Source: Acidimicrobiales bacterium
GTDB taxonomy: Bacteria > Actinomycetota > Acidimicrobiia > Acidimicrobiales > Aldehydirespiratoraceae
Direction of reading: 5' to 3'
Assembly (NCBI GenBank): GCA_029247365.1
Contig: JAQWLJ010000021.1
Span: 547 to 64,546, forward strand
Length of the DNA stretch: 64,000 bases
The position numbers and the translations under genes were made by a program. Below, in pieces: positions 29,644 to 39,563 of this stretch (within the stretch, counting starts at the first letter, position 1; every line of letters begins with the position of its first letter). Under the pieces are notes generated by a model. That model was given only the letters and a program-made list of their open reading frames with translations. It was not told where the DNA came from and did not search any database.

Positions 29644-29922
29644 GTGGAGCACACCGTCCGAGATAATGCTGAGCGCCAGCGCTACGAGCTGGTCGTCGAC
29701 GACCACATCGTGTCGATCGCTGACTATGGCCTCCGGGGCGGTGTGGTCGTCGTGCCTCACGTCGAAACCGACCCTCGCTTTCGCGGCCAGGGCATGGCCG
29801 ATCGTCTGATGGCTGGCATGCTTGCCGACCTGCGTAGCGGGGGCCGCACGATCACGCCGCTGTGCCCGTTCGCCGCCGACTACATCCGCCAGCACCCTGA
29901 CGAAGAGGACCTGTTGGCCTAG
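29644..29922 (+). CDS. small GNAT-like acetyltransferase (YjdJ-type)
   Basis: Only the last 92 codons of ORF 29044-29922 are protein-like: NAERQRYELVVDDHIVSIADY...FRGQGMADRLMAGMLADLRSGGRTITPLCPFAADYIRQHPD. GTG start at 29644. Confidence 0.65.
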   Translation: MEHTVRDNAERQRYELVVDDHIVSIADYGLRGGVVVVPHVETDPRFRGQGMADRLMAGMLADLRSGGRTITPLCPFAADYIRQHPDEEDLLA

Positions 29923-29923
29923 T

Positions 29924-30694
29924 TCAGCCTCGCCGAGCCTCGAAGAGCAGCAGGGTTCCAGCCATCGCGACGTTTAGCGACTCGGTGCGGCCGGGCATTG
30001 CAATGTGACACCACGCGTCGACCTCGGCGCCTGCGTCGAGCCCGTGCGGTTCAGAGCCCATGACGATCGCAACTGGCGTTGAGAGAACCCCACCATCGTG
30101 GGGTTCTCCGCTGGCGACATCGGTGCCAACGACGGCGACACCGGCCTCGCGCAGCGCGTCGATTGCGTCGGTGACGTCGGAAAAATGGACAACCGGTACC
30201 CGCAGAATAGATCCGGCCGACGAGCGAACCGCCTTCGGACCCCACGGGTCGGTGCCACCTGCGACGACCACAGCATCGGCCGCTGCCGCATCAGCCGCCC
30301 GGATCAAGGTGCCGACATTCCCGGGGTCTCCGACTTCAGCCAGGACAAGCACGACAGCATCGGTACCGAGGTTGGGCAGATCTGGGGAGGGCCGGGGCAC
30401 CAGGGCGAGCATCGGTTGCGGCGCGGCGGACGGGGCGAGTTTCTCGAAGACGTGATCACGCACGACAAGCCACTCGCACGACCCGAGCAGCCGATCGTCG
30501 ATGACAACCACCGCGGCATCGTCAGCCGCCGTTTCCGGCACGACCACCGTGGTCGGCACATAACCAGCATCAAGTGCCTCGCCGACCGCACGCGGTCCCT
30601 CGAGCACGATCGATTCCGAACGCGAACTGCGCCGCCCGATCAGGCGGCGCAGTTCAGCGATTCTCGGATTCTGAGCTCCGAAGACCTGACGCAT
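29924..30694 (-). CDS. TrmH/SpoU-family RNA 2'-O-methyltransferase
   Basis: SpoU motifs: LVLAEVGDPGNVGTLIRAADA, IVMGSEPHGL, MPGRTESLNVAMAGTLLLFE. Position between pheS and rplT. Confidence 0.85.
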   Translation of the reverse strand: MRQVFGAQNPRIAELRRLIGRRSSRSESIVLEGPRAVGEALDAGYVPTTVVVPETAADDAAVVVIDDRLLGSCEWLVVRDHVFEKLAPSAAPQPMLALVPRPSPDLPNLGTDAVVLVLAEVGDPGNVGTLIRAADAAAADAVVVAGGTDPWGPKAVRSSAGSILRVPVVHFSDVTDAIDALREAGVAVVGTDVASGEPHDGGVLSTPVAIVMGSEPHGLDAGAEVDAWCHIAMPGRTESLNVAMAGTLLLFEARRG

Positions 30695-30715
30695 CAGCGC
30701 AGGATCAATCGTGGA

Positions 30716-31087
30716 TCAGGAGGCGGCAGCCTCGGCGCTGGCCGAGTTCGCAGCGTCGACGAGGGCAGCGAACGCCTCCGGCTCGTGCACGGCGAGGTCG
30801 GCCAAGTTCTTGCGGTCAACCTCGATGCCTGCGGTCTTCAGCCCGGCGATAAACCGGCTGTAGGTGGTGCCATTGGCGCGACACGCTGCGTTGATCCGTT
30901 GGATCCACAGCTTTCGCATCTCGCCCTTGCGGGCTCGGCGATCGCGGAACGCGTAGTTGCCGGCGTGCATCACCGACTCGTTGGCGGCCTTCCAAACCCG
31001 GCTGCGGTTGCCGTAATGGCCCTTGGCCCGCTCCATCACTACGCGGCGACGCTTCTTCGAATGAACAGAACGCTTGACGCGTGCCAT
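30716..31087 (-). CDS. rplT: 50S ribosomal protein L20
   Basis: [26 protein letters not shown]. Confidence 0.97.
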   Translation of the reverse strand: MARVKRSVHSKKRRRVVMERAKGHYGNRSRVWKAANESVMHAGNYAFRDRRARKGEMRKLWIQRINAACRANGTTYSRFIAGLKTAGIEVDRKNLADLAVHEPEAFAALVDAANSASAEAAAS

Positions 31088-31119
31088 CAGTCTCTACCTT
31101 TCGTTCAGTGTCGGAGGGC

Positions 31120-31311
31120 TCAGACGCCCAGGTCGCGGAGATTGCGCTCGTCAGCCTTGGCGACTGCGGTGCTGCCACGAAGCTGACGGGTCCGCTTTGG
31201 TGACTTCTTCTCCATAATGTGGTTCTTATTGGCCTGGCGGCGCATGAGCTTGCCACTACCAGTTCGCTTAAAGCGCTTCTGAGCGCCCTTGTGGGTCTTC
31301 ATTTTCGGCAT
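31120..31311 (-). CDS. rpmI: 50S ribosomal protein L35
   Basis: [21 protein letters not shown]. Confidence 0.97.
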   Translation of the reverse strand: MPKMKTHKGAQKRFKRTGSGKLMRRQANKNHIMEKKSPKRTRQLRGSTAVAKADERNLRDLGV

Positions 31312-31319
31312 GTTGATCT

Positions 31320-31934
31320 CTACTCTTCCTCGTCCGAAACCCGCAATGCGGCTTCGGCTTCAGCCGCTTCTGCAGCCGCCTGCTTCTTAAGTTCCTTCTC
31401 GTGGCGAGCCTGAGCCTGCTTGTCGGGTGCGAGCACCATCACCATGTTCCGGCCGTCTTGACGGGGGTGGAACTCCACCTTGCCGACATGATTGACCTCA
31501 CCGGCGACATTGTCGAGGATCCTGCGCCCCAACTCGGGGTGCTGCATCTCTCGGCCGCGGAACATGATCGTGACCTTGACCTTGTGACCTTCGCCGAGGA
31601 ACTTCTCGACCTTCTTCGTCTTGGTTGTGAAGTCACCGGGCCCGATCTTGGGGCGGTACTTCATTTCCTTGACCGTCAGGTTCGAGGCCTTCTTCTTGGA
31701 CTCTTTCGCCCGCTGATCGGCTTCGTACTTGTACTTGCCGTAGTCCATAATCCGGCAAACCGGTGGGTTCGCCCGATCGGCGACCTCAACGAGGTCGAGC
31801 CCAGAGGCTCGAGCAATGTTGAGCGCCTCGGCTAGTGGCTTGATACCGATCTGTTCGCCATCGTGCCCGACGAGGCGAACCTCGCGTGCCCGAATGCGGT
31901 CGTTGATCCTTGGCTCGTTACTTGGCGCTGCTAT
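31320..31934 (-). CDS. infC: translation initiation factor IF-3 (non-canonical ATA start)
   Basis: [26 protein letters not shown]...[15 protein letters not shown]. No in-frame ATG/GTG/TTG lies upstream of the N-domain. ATA at 31934 is preceded by GAGGAG (31944-31949) at a 9-nt spacing. Confidence 0.88.
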   Translation of the reverse strand: MAAPSNEPRINDRIRAREVRLVGHDGEQIGIKPLAEALNIARASGLDLVEVADRANPPVCRIMDYGKYKYEADQRAKESKKKASNLTVKEMKYRPKIGPGDFTTKTKKVEKFLGEGHKVKVTIMFRGREMQHPELGRRILDNVAGEVNHVGKVEFHPRQDGRNMVMVLAPDKQAQARHEKELKKQAAAEAAEAEAALRVSDEEE

Positions 31935-32010
31935 CGCCCTTGACTCCTCGTGAGCACGGAACCTCCGTAGGTGGATGAATGGCGTGCCCTGTCTTCGCTG
32001 ACTCTCGCCA

Positions 32011-32050
32011 GCTGAAAAACAACAACACGGACGTCGGGATGTCGACGCCC
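32011..32050 (-). terminator. intrinsic-terminator-shaped hairpin plus U-run inside the infC 5' leader (candidate attenuator)
   Basis: Minus-strand RNA GGGCGUCG-ACAUCC-CGACGUCC forms an 8-bp stem with one G-U pair. It is followed by GUGUUGUUGUUUUUC and lies about 77 nt upstream of the infC start. Confidence 0.55.
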
Positions 32051-32180
32051 GCGAAAACCTCGTGCGATGCACGGTGCTGCCGTATCGGCCGACCCGGCGC
32101 ACCTGGATCGGTGGCCGGGTGGGGACGGATCCGAAGATCTGCCCCACTTCCCTCTGAATTGTCCCCGTTAGGGTACCAGC

Positions 32181-32654
32181 ATGAGCTCTCTGTGGACACC
32201 TGGCGGCGAACACGAGGTTCCTCGTGATCAGCCCGCCACCCCCGCCGATGCACCTGCGCAGGGTGCCCCAACCGGGCTTGACGCCGAGATGGAGGACGCC
32301 ATTGCGGCGTCGCTGCCCGACGGCGTCACGCTCGACGATCTCTCACCCGAGCAGTTGGCGCAGGCCGAGGAGATGATTCACGAAATGGCTGCGGCACGCG
32401 AGCGGCTGTTGCACGCACCCGCATCTGCTGTTGTGGCGAACCACGCAATGGGCCTGTTCGAGCTTGCGGCGCTCCACCTTTCGCAACCGACGCCAAACTT
32501 CGCGGAGGCCGGGCTGGCGATCGATGCAATGGCGGCCATCGTTGATGGGCTCGGCGATCGACTCGACGATGCCGTCCCCACCTTGCAGGAGGGCCTGCAG
32601 CAGTTACGAATGACGTACGTCCAGCTCAAGCAGCAACACGACGCCGCGGACTAG
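32181..32654 (+). CDS. DUF1844-like conserved protein
   Basis: MSSLWTPGGEH N-terminus and VVANHAMGLFELAALHL...AIDAMAAIVDGLGDRL pattern. The divergent position next to infC matches what I recall from Streptomyces. Confidence 0.6.
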   Translation: MSSLWTPGGEHEVPRDQPATPADAPAQGAPTGLDAEMEDAIAASLPDGVTLDDLSPEQLAQAEEMIHEMAAARERLLHAPASAVVANHAMGLFELAALHLSQPTPNFAEAGLAIDAMAAIVDGLGDRLDDAVPTLQEGLQQLRMTYVQLKQQHDAAD

Positions 32655-32667
32655 TTCGAACAGAGCC

Positions 32668-33849
32668 TTAGGCCGCGACGCGAGCGTCCGGCCAGAGGCG
32701 CAGGAAGTTCTCACTGAAGAACTTGGTCTGCGTATCGGTGGACGTGGACTCCATGCGACCCTCGAACTTACCGATCGGATCGCGCCCACCCTCGATGTGG
32801 GGGTAGTCGCTCGAGAACAGGTACAGGTCCTCGTACGAGTCGCCGATCAGGCGGGCGACATCCTCGTGGGGGAAGGGGGTGAAACCCATTTGCTCGCACA
32901 CCTGCTCCGACGGCTTCCGGTCGAATCGCACGCTCTCGTCAACGCGCCCAAAGATACGGGCCACAGCGTCAAGTCGCCGCAGCATTTCCGGTACCCAGCC
33001 CGCACCAAGCTCGACCGCAGCACCCCGCAGTTCGCGATGACGGTCGAACACGCCGTCGGCGATCAGCATGCTGATGAATGCCTCAGGGTTCTGGTGCATG
33101 AGCATCGCGTCCTTGGTTCGGACATTCTCACCACCACCCATCCAATCGCGAGTCTTGGCCCGCCCGTTGTTACTCCACGATTTGCTGGTGTGGAGTGGCG
33201 CGCCCCCGACATGGATGACGAACGGAACGCCCGCCTCGGCGAGACGGGCCCAGAAAGGCTCGAGATCAACGTGCCCGGGTGCAATGTCGATCGGTGCACG
33301 GTGGGGCACCCACATCGCTTCGAGCCCAGCATCGATCGCCCACTCGAGTTCCTCAATTGCGCTCGCCGGGTCGTCGAGGGCGACGACGCCGACGCCCATA
33401 AGGCGGTCGTCGTCGGCACAGAACTCCGCCATGTGGCGGTTGTGAGCGCGAGCGCCGCCGTACTTCAGTCGCAGCGGATAGTTCGAACTCGGATGGAAGG
33501 GCGTGACGACCGAGTGGGTAGCAAAGACGAGTTGCTTCTTGAAGCCGAGGAGATCCAGTGCGGTCGTGCGGTCGGCCGAGTCGAAGGCGCCGAGACCCTG
33601 GATCTCCTTGGACGTGGCGATCAGATCATCGCCGAGGGCGATCTGGGCGTCGCGATGCTCATCGCTGTGACGGTTTCCCTGGTTGACGATCTCAGCGACC
33701 TCATCGTCGGTCACGATTGAAGCGGTGTAGCCGACGAGTGGGATCTCGTCTCGTATGTCGGGGTCGGCGTAGGCCCGAAGGAAATCAGGCAGCTCCATGA
33801 TGTGGCTGTCGGCGTCGTAATACGGACGATGACCGGGTGCGTAGACCAT
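32668..33849 (-). CDS. amidohydrolase-2 family metal-dependent hydrolase
   Basis: N-terminal YYDADSHIMELPDF (metal-binding D-x-H). Length and overall pattern fit ACMSD-like amidohydrolases. Confidence 0.65.
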   Translation of the reverse strand: MVYAPGHRPYYDADSHIMELPDFLRAYADPDIRDEIPLVGYTASIVTDDEVAEIVNQGNRHSDEHRDAQIALGDDLIATSKEIQGLGAFDSADRTTALDLLGFKKQLVFATHSVVTPFHPSSNYPLRLKYGGARAHNRHMAEFCADDDRLMGVGVVALDDPASAIEELEWAIDAGLEAMWVPHRAPIDIAPGHVDLEPFWARLAEAGVPFVIHVGGAPLHTSKSWSNNGRAKTRDWMGGGENVRTKDAMLMHQNPEAFISMLIADGVFDRHRELRGAAVELGAGWVPEMLRRLDAVARIFGRVDESVRFDRKPSEQVCEQMGFTPFPHEDVARLIGDSYEDLYLFSSDYPHIEGGRDPIGKFEGRMESTSTDTQTKFFSENFLRLWPDARVAA

Positions 33850-33864
33850 GGCGAATCCGTCTCC

Positions 33865-35190
33865 TCAGTGCGCGTTGCGTTCGTCGTCGTAACGGCCAAC
33901 GACGTCGGCCTCACGCAGCGACCTCACCGTACTCTCATCGAAGCCAAGCTCTCGAAGGATGTCATCGGTGTGCTCTCCCATAGCCGGCGACGGCCCGTGA
34001 TGGCGCAGCGGCGTACCGTCCATCTTCAGTGGTGACGACACGGTCTGGTAGGCGCCGTGGACTGGGTGCACCAGATCCTCGATGTAGCCGTTGGCGCGTG
34101 CCTGAGGATCGTCGAAAATCTCGTGCGGAAAGTTGACGATCGCGCACGGCACACCGACCGCTCGCAGCGTTGCGAGCCAGTCGTCGGTGGTTCGCTTTGC
34201 CACGATCCGTTCCGCCTCGGCCATGAATGCGCTGAGCGCGACCCGCGCTTCGGGGGCCTCGGCGTCGAAACTGTCTTCGCGACGCGGATCGTCGAGGCCA
34301 AGCACATCGCGCAGCTTCTGGTTGAGAACCGGCGTGAGGCATCCAACCGAGATGAAGCCATCGCGGGTTCGGTAGTGACGAAAATAGATGTTGCCGGGCG
34401 GGTCGACAGCGAACTCCTCGCGCATCGCCCGCTTCTGCTCCCCGAAACCCGCGCCAGCGTCGCGGATGTCGGCAAGCGTCTCGGCGAAGGCCGACATCGG
34501 CTCGCGGTCATACGCGTCGTATCGGTAGAACATGTTCGACAGCAGGCCGAGCGAGGTGTGAAACAGCGACGTCTCGACCCGCTGTCCTTCGCCAGTTCGA
34601 TCGCGATGCCGGATCGCGGTGACCACCGCCAGGCACGACAACATCCCGGTCACCATGTCGGCGAGCGCAGGACGCACCATCACCGGTGCGTCGCCGTTGT
34701 CGTCAGCATCGGCGAGAAGTGACGACATGCCCGACAGGCCCATCGCCACAACGTCGTACCCGCCCATCTCAGCGAGCTCGCCCTGGCTGCCGTACGGCGA
34801 GTTGTGCAGGAAGACGATTTGCTCGTTGTACGAGCAGATCGTCTCGTAGTCGAGGCCATAGCGGGGCAGGTCTGACCCCTTCATCGAGACAAGCACGGCG
34901 TCGGCCTGTCGCACCAGCGCCTCGATCACTGTCACGGCGTCAGGCTTGGAGAAGTCGAGGCAAATACTTCGCTTCCCGCGGTTGGCGATCGCAAAATCCT
35001 TGCCCTCGTGCTTCACCGAACTCCGGCTCTGCAGCCGGTAGGTGTCACCGCGGGGCGGTTCGACCTTGATGACATCGGCGCCCATATCGCCGAGGAGCTT
35101 GCCGCAGTAGGGAATGGCCAGCGCCTGGGCGAACTCGACGACACGGATATCAGACAGGGCACCATCGGTGAATGCTGACGGGTCAGACAT
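33865..35190 (-). CDS. family III CoA-transferase (CaiB/BaiF type)
   Basis: LSDIRVVEFAQALAIPYCGKLLGDMGADVIKVEPPRGD N-terminal signature. Confidence 0.85.
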   Translation of the reverse strand: MSDPSAFTDGALSDIRVVEFAQALAIPYCGKLLGDMGADVIKVEPPRGDTYRLQSRSSVKHEGKDFAIANRGKRSICLDFSKPDAVTVIEALVRQADAVLVSMKGSDLPRYGLDYETICSYNEQIVFLHNSPYGSQGELAEMGGYDVVAMGLSGMSSLLADADDNGDAPVMVRPALADMVTGMLSCLAVVTAIRHRDRTGEGQRVETSLFHTSLGLLSNMFYRYDAYDREPMSAFAETLADIRDAGAGFGEQKRAMREEFAVDPPGNIYFRHYRTRDGFISVGCLTPVLNQKLRDVLGLDDPRREDSFDAEAPEARVALSAFMAEAERIVAKRTTDDWLATLRAVGVPCAIVNFPHEIFDDPQARANGYIEDLVHPVHGAYQTVSSPLKMDGTPLRHHGPSPAMGEHTDDILRELGFDESTVRSLREADVVGRYDDERNAH

Positions 35191-35262
35191 GGTGCGACGG
35201 TAGCTGTCTGCGGTGATGTGCTGCGAAAACCGATGGCCCCAGATCCCTCGACGGCTTCCGAG

Positions 35263-36060
35263 TCACCACGACACAAGAAGCGAACCGACCACCACCAGCA
35301 GTGCGCCTGCCGCCAGCCGACGAGTCACAGCGGTCGGAACCAAAGCGAGACCGAAGAGGATCGAGGTGACGCGCAACGTTGCGACGTTGGCCGCAGCACC
35401 GCGGGTATACGCCAACAGGATCAGCCCGTAGCTACTGTTCGCAGCCAGACCAACAGCGACCGCTTCGCGCCTCGAGGTGAGCAGCCTCCGGGGCGACACT
35501 CGACCGAGCGCCACAACCACGACTGCGCCGACGACCGCTACCGCTGCGAAGAAGCCGAGCCCACCGACTTCCTCTGCGCCTCTCGCATCGATCACCGTGT
35601 AGCCGGCAATAAAGCAGCCGGTCATCACGGCGAGCAGGAGTCCTCGTCGATCCCCGCGGCCGAGCGCCACATTGCCGATCAACAGCAGACCGATGGCAAC
35701 GCCCGCCACACCGCAAAGGGTTCGCACATTGGGCGTCTGATCGAGCACCCACACACCGAACACGGCGACAAAAAGCGGCGCTGAGCCTCGAGCCACGGGA
35801 TAGGTACTCGCCAGCGTCCCCGACTGGTAGGCGCCCGACAGGCCCCACAGGTAGAGCCCATGGATCACACCGGAGACGAGAATGATCGGCCAGACAGACC
35901 ACGGCGGGTCCATCACCACCCACGGCGAAAACAGCACGCCTGCCACGACATAGGATCCAGCCAGAACGGCTCTGGGATCGTCCCCTGCATGCGTTCGGGC
36001 GTTCCACAGGGCGTGGAGCAACGACGACGCCAGGACGAGGACCACCGCCGAGACGGTCAC
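35263..36060 (-). CDS. EamA/DMT-family transporter
   Basis: About 10 TM segments; LLHALWNA near the N-terminus. GTG 36060 lies just after the azlD stop. Confidence 0.7.
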   Translation of the reverse strand: MTVSAVVLVLASSLLHALWNARTHAGDDPRAVLAGSYVVAGVLFSPWVVMDPPWSVWPIILVSGVIHGLYLWGLSGAYQSGTLASTYPVARGSAPLFVAVFGVWVLDQTPNVRTLCGVAGVAIGLLLIGNVALGRGDRRGLLLAVMTGCFIAGYTVIDARGAEEVGGLGFFAAVAVVGAVVVVALGRVSPRRLLTSRREAVAVGLAANSSYGLILLAYTRGAAANVATLRVTSILFGLALVPTAVTRRLAAGALLVVVGSLLVSW

Positions 36061-36061
36061 G

Positions 36062-36364
36062 TCAGATTGCTCGCAAGCCGGCGGTGGTGAGCGCTGCCGC
36101 GAGAACCACAGCGAGAAACGGCGCCCGGCGCCACACGAGCACACCAGCAACCAACATGCCCGCCAGACGCTCGTCGAGCACCAGGGAGCGACCATCGGCC
36201 ACCGAGAGCTGAACGATCACTGCCATCACCACCGCAGCCGGAACCAGCCCGAGTACCTGCGCCATCGCCGGGCGACGGGCGAGAACCGGTCCGACCACAA
36301 ACCCGCCGAGCAGCCGCTGACCCCAGACGGCCACGGTGAGCGCGACAATCGAGAGCGTTGTCAC
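36062..36364 (-). CDS. azlD: branched-chain amino acid transport protein AzlD
   Basis: 100-aa hydrophobic protein. GTG overlaps the azlC stop (GTGA). Confidence 0.75.
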   Translation of the reverse strand: MTTLSIVALTVAVWGQRLLGGFVVGPVLARRPAMAQVLGLVPAAVVMAVIVQLSVADGRSLVLDERLAGMLVAGVLVWRRAPFLAVVLAAALTTAGLRAI

Positions 36365-37044
36365 GGGCCCACACCGATGTGCCGCTTGGCGTAGACCGCG
36401 CCGGCACCGACGCCGAACACGCTCAGGATGATCGGTACGCCTGGCGGGGCGATCGGAATGAGTGCCAGGCAAATGCACGCGCCGGCAAGGCCAGCAGCGA
36501 AACCCTCACGGGTGCGGAGCAGTCCAGCAATGATCGACAGCAGTGCCGCGGGGAATACCGCGTCGAGCCCGAGCCGACCGATGTCACCGACAACGTTGCC
36601 GATGAACGTGCCCACCACAATCCCGGGAAACCAGCCCCCCATCATTGCGGCTGTCACCCGCCAGAACTCCCGTTCGACGCAGCGTTCGTCGGCCTGTTGC
36701 ACTGCGATGGCGACGTTGGGGTCGAATGCATTCACCGAAGCGAGCGCCCGACGGAACGCACCGGCGGGTAGGCGCGGCACGAGGGAGGTGGCAAGGATTC
36801 CAAACCGGGTCGCAACGACTGCGCCGGCGATGATCGCGGCCCAATCGCCACCTCCAGCATCTCGAACCGCGAGATAGGAAAACTGGGAGGTGGCCGACCA
36901 GATGACCGTCGATGCTGCGAGGGCGTTCCACAGCGACGCGCCGCGGTCGATCAGGAGAACCTGGAGCGTGATACCGAGGCTGAAGAACGTGAGCGCGAGC
37001 GCAGCAGAATCAGCCCGACCGTGGCGTGGCTGATCGTCGGTCAC
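36361..37044 (-). CDS. azlC: AzlC-family branched-chain amino acid permease subunit
   Basis: 227 aa; TVIWSATSQFSYL... pattern; paired with azlD. Confidence 0.8.
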   Translation of the reverse strand: MTDDQPRHGRADSAALALTFFSLGITLQVLLIDRGASLWNALAASTVIWSATSQFSYLAVRDAGGGDWAAIIAGAVVATRFGILATSLVPRLPAGAFRRALASVNAFDPNVAIAVQQADERCVEREFWRVTAAMMGGWFPGIVVGTFIGNVVGDIGRLGLDAVFPAALLSIIAGLLRTREGFAAGLAGACICLALIPIAPPGVPIILSVFGVGAGAVYAKRHIGVGP

Positions 37045-37068
37045 CGCCGGACGCTCACGTTCTCACGC

Positions 37069-37944
37069 TCACGGGATGATCTTCGAGATCGGCATCTCGA
37101 CGATGCCTGATGCCCCTTTGTCCCGCAGCTGCGGGATGAGGATGTTGATCTCGTCCTTGGGCACCACGGTTTCAACGGCGTACCCGGCACCGCGGAACAA
37201 CTCGTTGACCGTCGGGGACTTCATTGACGGCAGGACGTTGATGACGTCGTCCAGAGCGCCGGTCGGGACGTTCATCTTCACCAGAACCTTGCCCCGGGCA
37301 TCGAGCACTCCCTGCAGGAGCGTGTGGATCTGACGCATTGCGTGCGCCTTCTCCGGGTCTGCAAACGATGCCCGGTTGGCGATCAGTTCGGTGTAGCTCG
37401 TGACCATCGTCTCAATGATGCGGAGCCCGGCCGCGTTCAGGGCCCGCCCAGTCTCGGTGATGTCGACGACGACATCGACGATGTCGGGCACCTTTGCCTC
37501 CGTTGCGCCGTACGAGAGTCGAACGTCGGCATCGACACCGGCGTCAGCAAGGAATCGCCTGGTGATCTCCGGGTACTCGGTCGAGACTCGAACCCCTGCC
37601 GGCAGGTCGGCGACCGACTGCCACTCCGAGTCCTGCGGCACCGCCATCACGATCCGGACCGGCTTGGCGGTCACCTTCGAGTACTTGAGCTCACCGAGCG
37701 ACTCGACGTCGCTCGCCGTCTCCTCGATCCAGTCCCGGCCCGTAATGCCGAGGTCGAACAGGCCGTCGGCGACATAGGTCGGAATCTCCTGGGGACGCAG
37801 GATTCGGACGGACTCGATTCGCGGATCGTTGATCGAGGCCTTATACGCCACCGAGGAGGAACGGTCGACCGGGAGGTCGGCGGCTGCGAAGAGTTCGAGG
37901 GTGGCCTTCTCGAGCGAGCCTTTGGGGAGGACAAGGTTGAGCAC
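37069..37944 (-). CDS. hisG: ATP phosphoribosyltransferase (long form)
   Basis: MLNLVLPKGSLEKATLELF N-terminus; 291 aa with a C-terminal regulatory domain. Confidence 0.93.
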   Translation of the reverse strand: MLNLVLPKGSLEKATLELFAAADLPVDRSSSVAYKASINDPRIESVRILRPQEIPTYVADGLFDLGITGRDWIEETASDVESLGELKYSKVTAKPVRIVMAVPQDSEWQSVADLPAGVRVSTEYPEITRRFLADAGVDADVRLSYGATEAKVPDIVDVVVDITETGRALNAAGLRIIETMVTSYTELIANRASFADPEKAHAMRQIHTLLQGVLDARGKVLVKMNVPTGALDDVINVLPSMKSPTVNELFRGAGYAVETVVPKDEINILIPQLRDKGASGIVEMPISKIIP

Positions 37945-38006
37945 GGTGGGTCCTAGCGGGGGAAGCGACGGTGTTCGTCGCCGAGCAGGCTAGCGGCGAG
38001 CCTTCG

Positions 38007-39011
38007 CTACGACCCGGGTTTAAATTCGATCCGCAGGTCCGGGCCGACTCGGTCGACGGCCACGATCTCGCCGCGGTTCACCCCATCGATCGACGAGGCA
38101 CCCGCACCCGAGAACAGGCCCTTCGCATCCTCGCCGCCGAACAGCACCGGTGCCAGGTACAGCACGAACCGATCGATGAGACCGGCACGCTGGAAGTCGC
38201 CAATCACACCGGCCCCGCCCTCGACCATGAGCTGGACAACACCCTCGTCACCGAGCTGTTCGAGAAGCCGGTCGATCGGACCGTCCCAGGCGAGGCACGG
38301 TTGCACCTTCGCGCTCGGCACGGCTGCGCCAAGCACGATCCGTCGCGGATCAGCAGCGGCAGGCGTGCCCTCCGGAGGTTCCCAGTCGCGCACCGTGAGC
38401 GACGGATCGTCGGCCCGCACCGTGCCCGCGCCAACGAGGATGGCGTCACTCTCGGCTCGGAGACGATGAGCATCAGCGCGAGCGCCGGCGCTCGTGATCC
38501 ACGTCGATGACCCATCTGGGGCCGCTGTACGCCCATCGAGGGACGCAGCAAGCTTGGCGACCACGAACGGCCGGCCCGTGTGTCGGTGGTGGAGGTAGGG
38601 GGCGAGTTGCTCCCTGGCGATGTCGGCGCCCACCCCGACGGTGACGTCAGTGCCGGCGGACTTGAGCCGGGCGATCCCTGTACCGGCCACGTGGGGATCG
38701 GGGTCGCCCACTGCGACCACCACCCGGGCTACGGAGGCTTCAAGAAGCGCTTCGGCGCAGGGCCCGGTCCGGCCGGTGTGATTGCAGGGTTCGAGCGTGG
38801 TGTAGACCGTGGCGCCCGACGCGGCGGAGCCGGCGGCATCGAGTGCCACCCGCTCGGCGTGCCGGCCGCCCGGCGGTTCGGTTGCGCCATCATGCGCGGT
38901 GCCATCGGCGGTAACGACGACTGCACCCACCCACGGGTTTGGTGACGTCGAGTGCCGGACGCGAGCGGCATTTGCGACCGCCCGCTCCATCCAACCTCGG
39001 TCGCCGGTCAT
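38007..39011 (-). CDS. ribD: bifunctional riboflavin biosynthesis deaminase/reductase
   Basis: Deaminase zinc site HAERVAL...TLEPCNHTGRTGPC plus a reductase domain. ATG 39011 overlaps the mogA stop (ATGA). Confidence 0.92.
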   Translation of the reverse strand: MTGDRGWMERAVANAARVRHSTSPNPWVGAVVVTADGTAHDGATEPPGGRHAERVALDAAGSAASGATVYTTLEPCNHTGRTGPCAEALLEASVARVVVAVGDPDPHVAGTGIARLKSAGTDVTVGVGADIAREQLAPYLHHRHTGRPFVVAKLAASLDGRTAAPDGSSTWITSAGARADAHRLRAESDAILVGAGTVRADDPSLTVRDWEPPEGTPAAADPRRIVLGAAVPSAKVQPCLAWDGPIDRLLEQLGDEGVVQLMVEGGAGVIGDFQRAGLIDRFVLYLAPVLFGGEDAKGLFSGAGASSIDGVNRGEIVAVDRVGPDLRIEFKPGS

Positions 39012-39541
39012 TCGGCTCCGTGGTCGCTGCCGAGGTGACCACTGCCGTGTCCCTCGCCAGATGGGTGGGGGTCGTAGTTGTCGACGAGCAGGGTTACCGC
39101 ATGCGGCAAGACGTCGATTACGGCACCGATCGTCTCGAGACAACCCTTCGAGGAACCCGGCGTGTTGACGATCAGGGCGGTGTCAAGCGTGCCCGCCACA
39201 CCGCGGCTGAGCCGGCCAAGCGGATTGACGAGGCGCATCGCCTCGGCCAGGCCCGGTGCCTCCCGGTCGATCACCTTTCGCGTGCCCTCGGGCGTACGGT
39301 CACGAGGCCCGAAGCCGGTGCCGCCGGTCGTGACAATGAGGCCATGGAAGTCAACGGCGATTCGGCGAAGTGTGGCGGCCACAGGCTCGGCACCGTCTTC
39401 GGTGACGGCCCGCTCAGACACCCTCCAGCCGGCCTCACTGAAGTAGTTCTCAAGCACCTGGCCCGACGTGTCCTTGCGAGTCCCGGCGATCACCCCGTCG
39501 GACACCGTCACGATCTTCACCGACAGCTGCACTTCAGACAT
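39008..39541 (-). CDS. mogA: molybdopterin adenylyltransferase MogA/MoaB-family protein
   Basis: GLIVTTGGTGFGPRDRTPE and NTPGSSKG motifs. Confidence 0.88.
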   Translation of the reverse strand: MSEVQLSVKIVTVSDGVIAGTRKDTSGQVLENYFSEAGWRVSERAVTEDGAEPVAATLRRIAVDFHGLIVTTGGTGFGPRDRTPEGTRKVIDREAPGLAEAMRLVNPLGRLSRGVAGTLDTALIVNTPGSSKGCLETIGAVIDVLPHAVTLLVDNYDPHPSGEGHGSGHLGSDHGAE

Positions 39542-39563
39542 GACGGCACCCTAGCCAGCCGGT

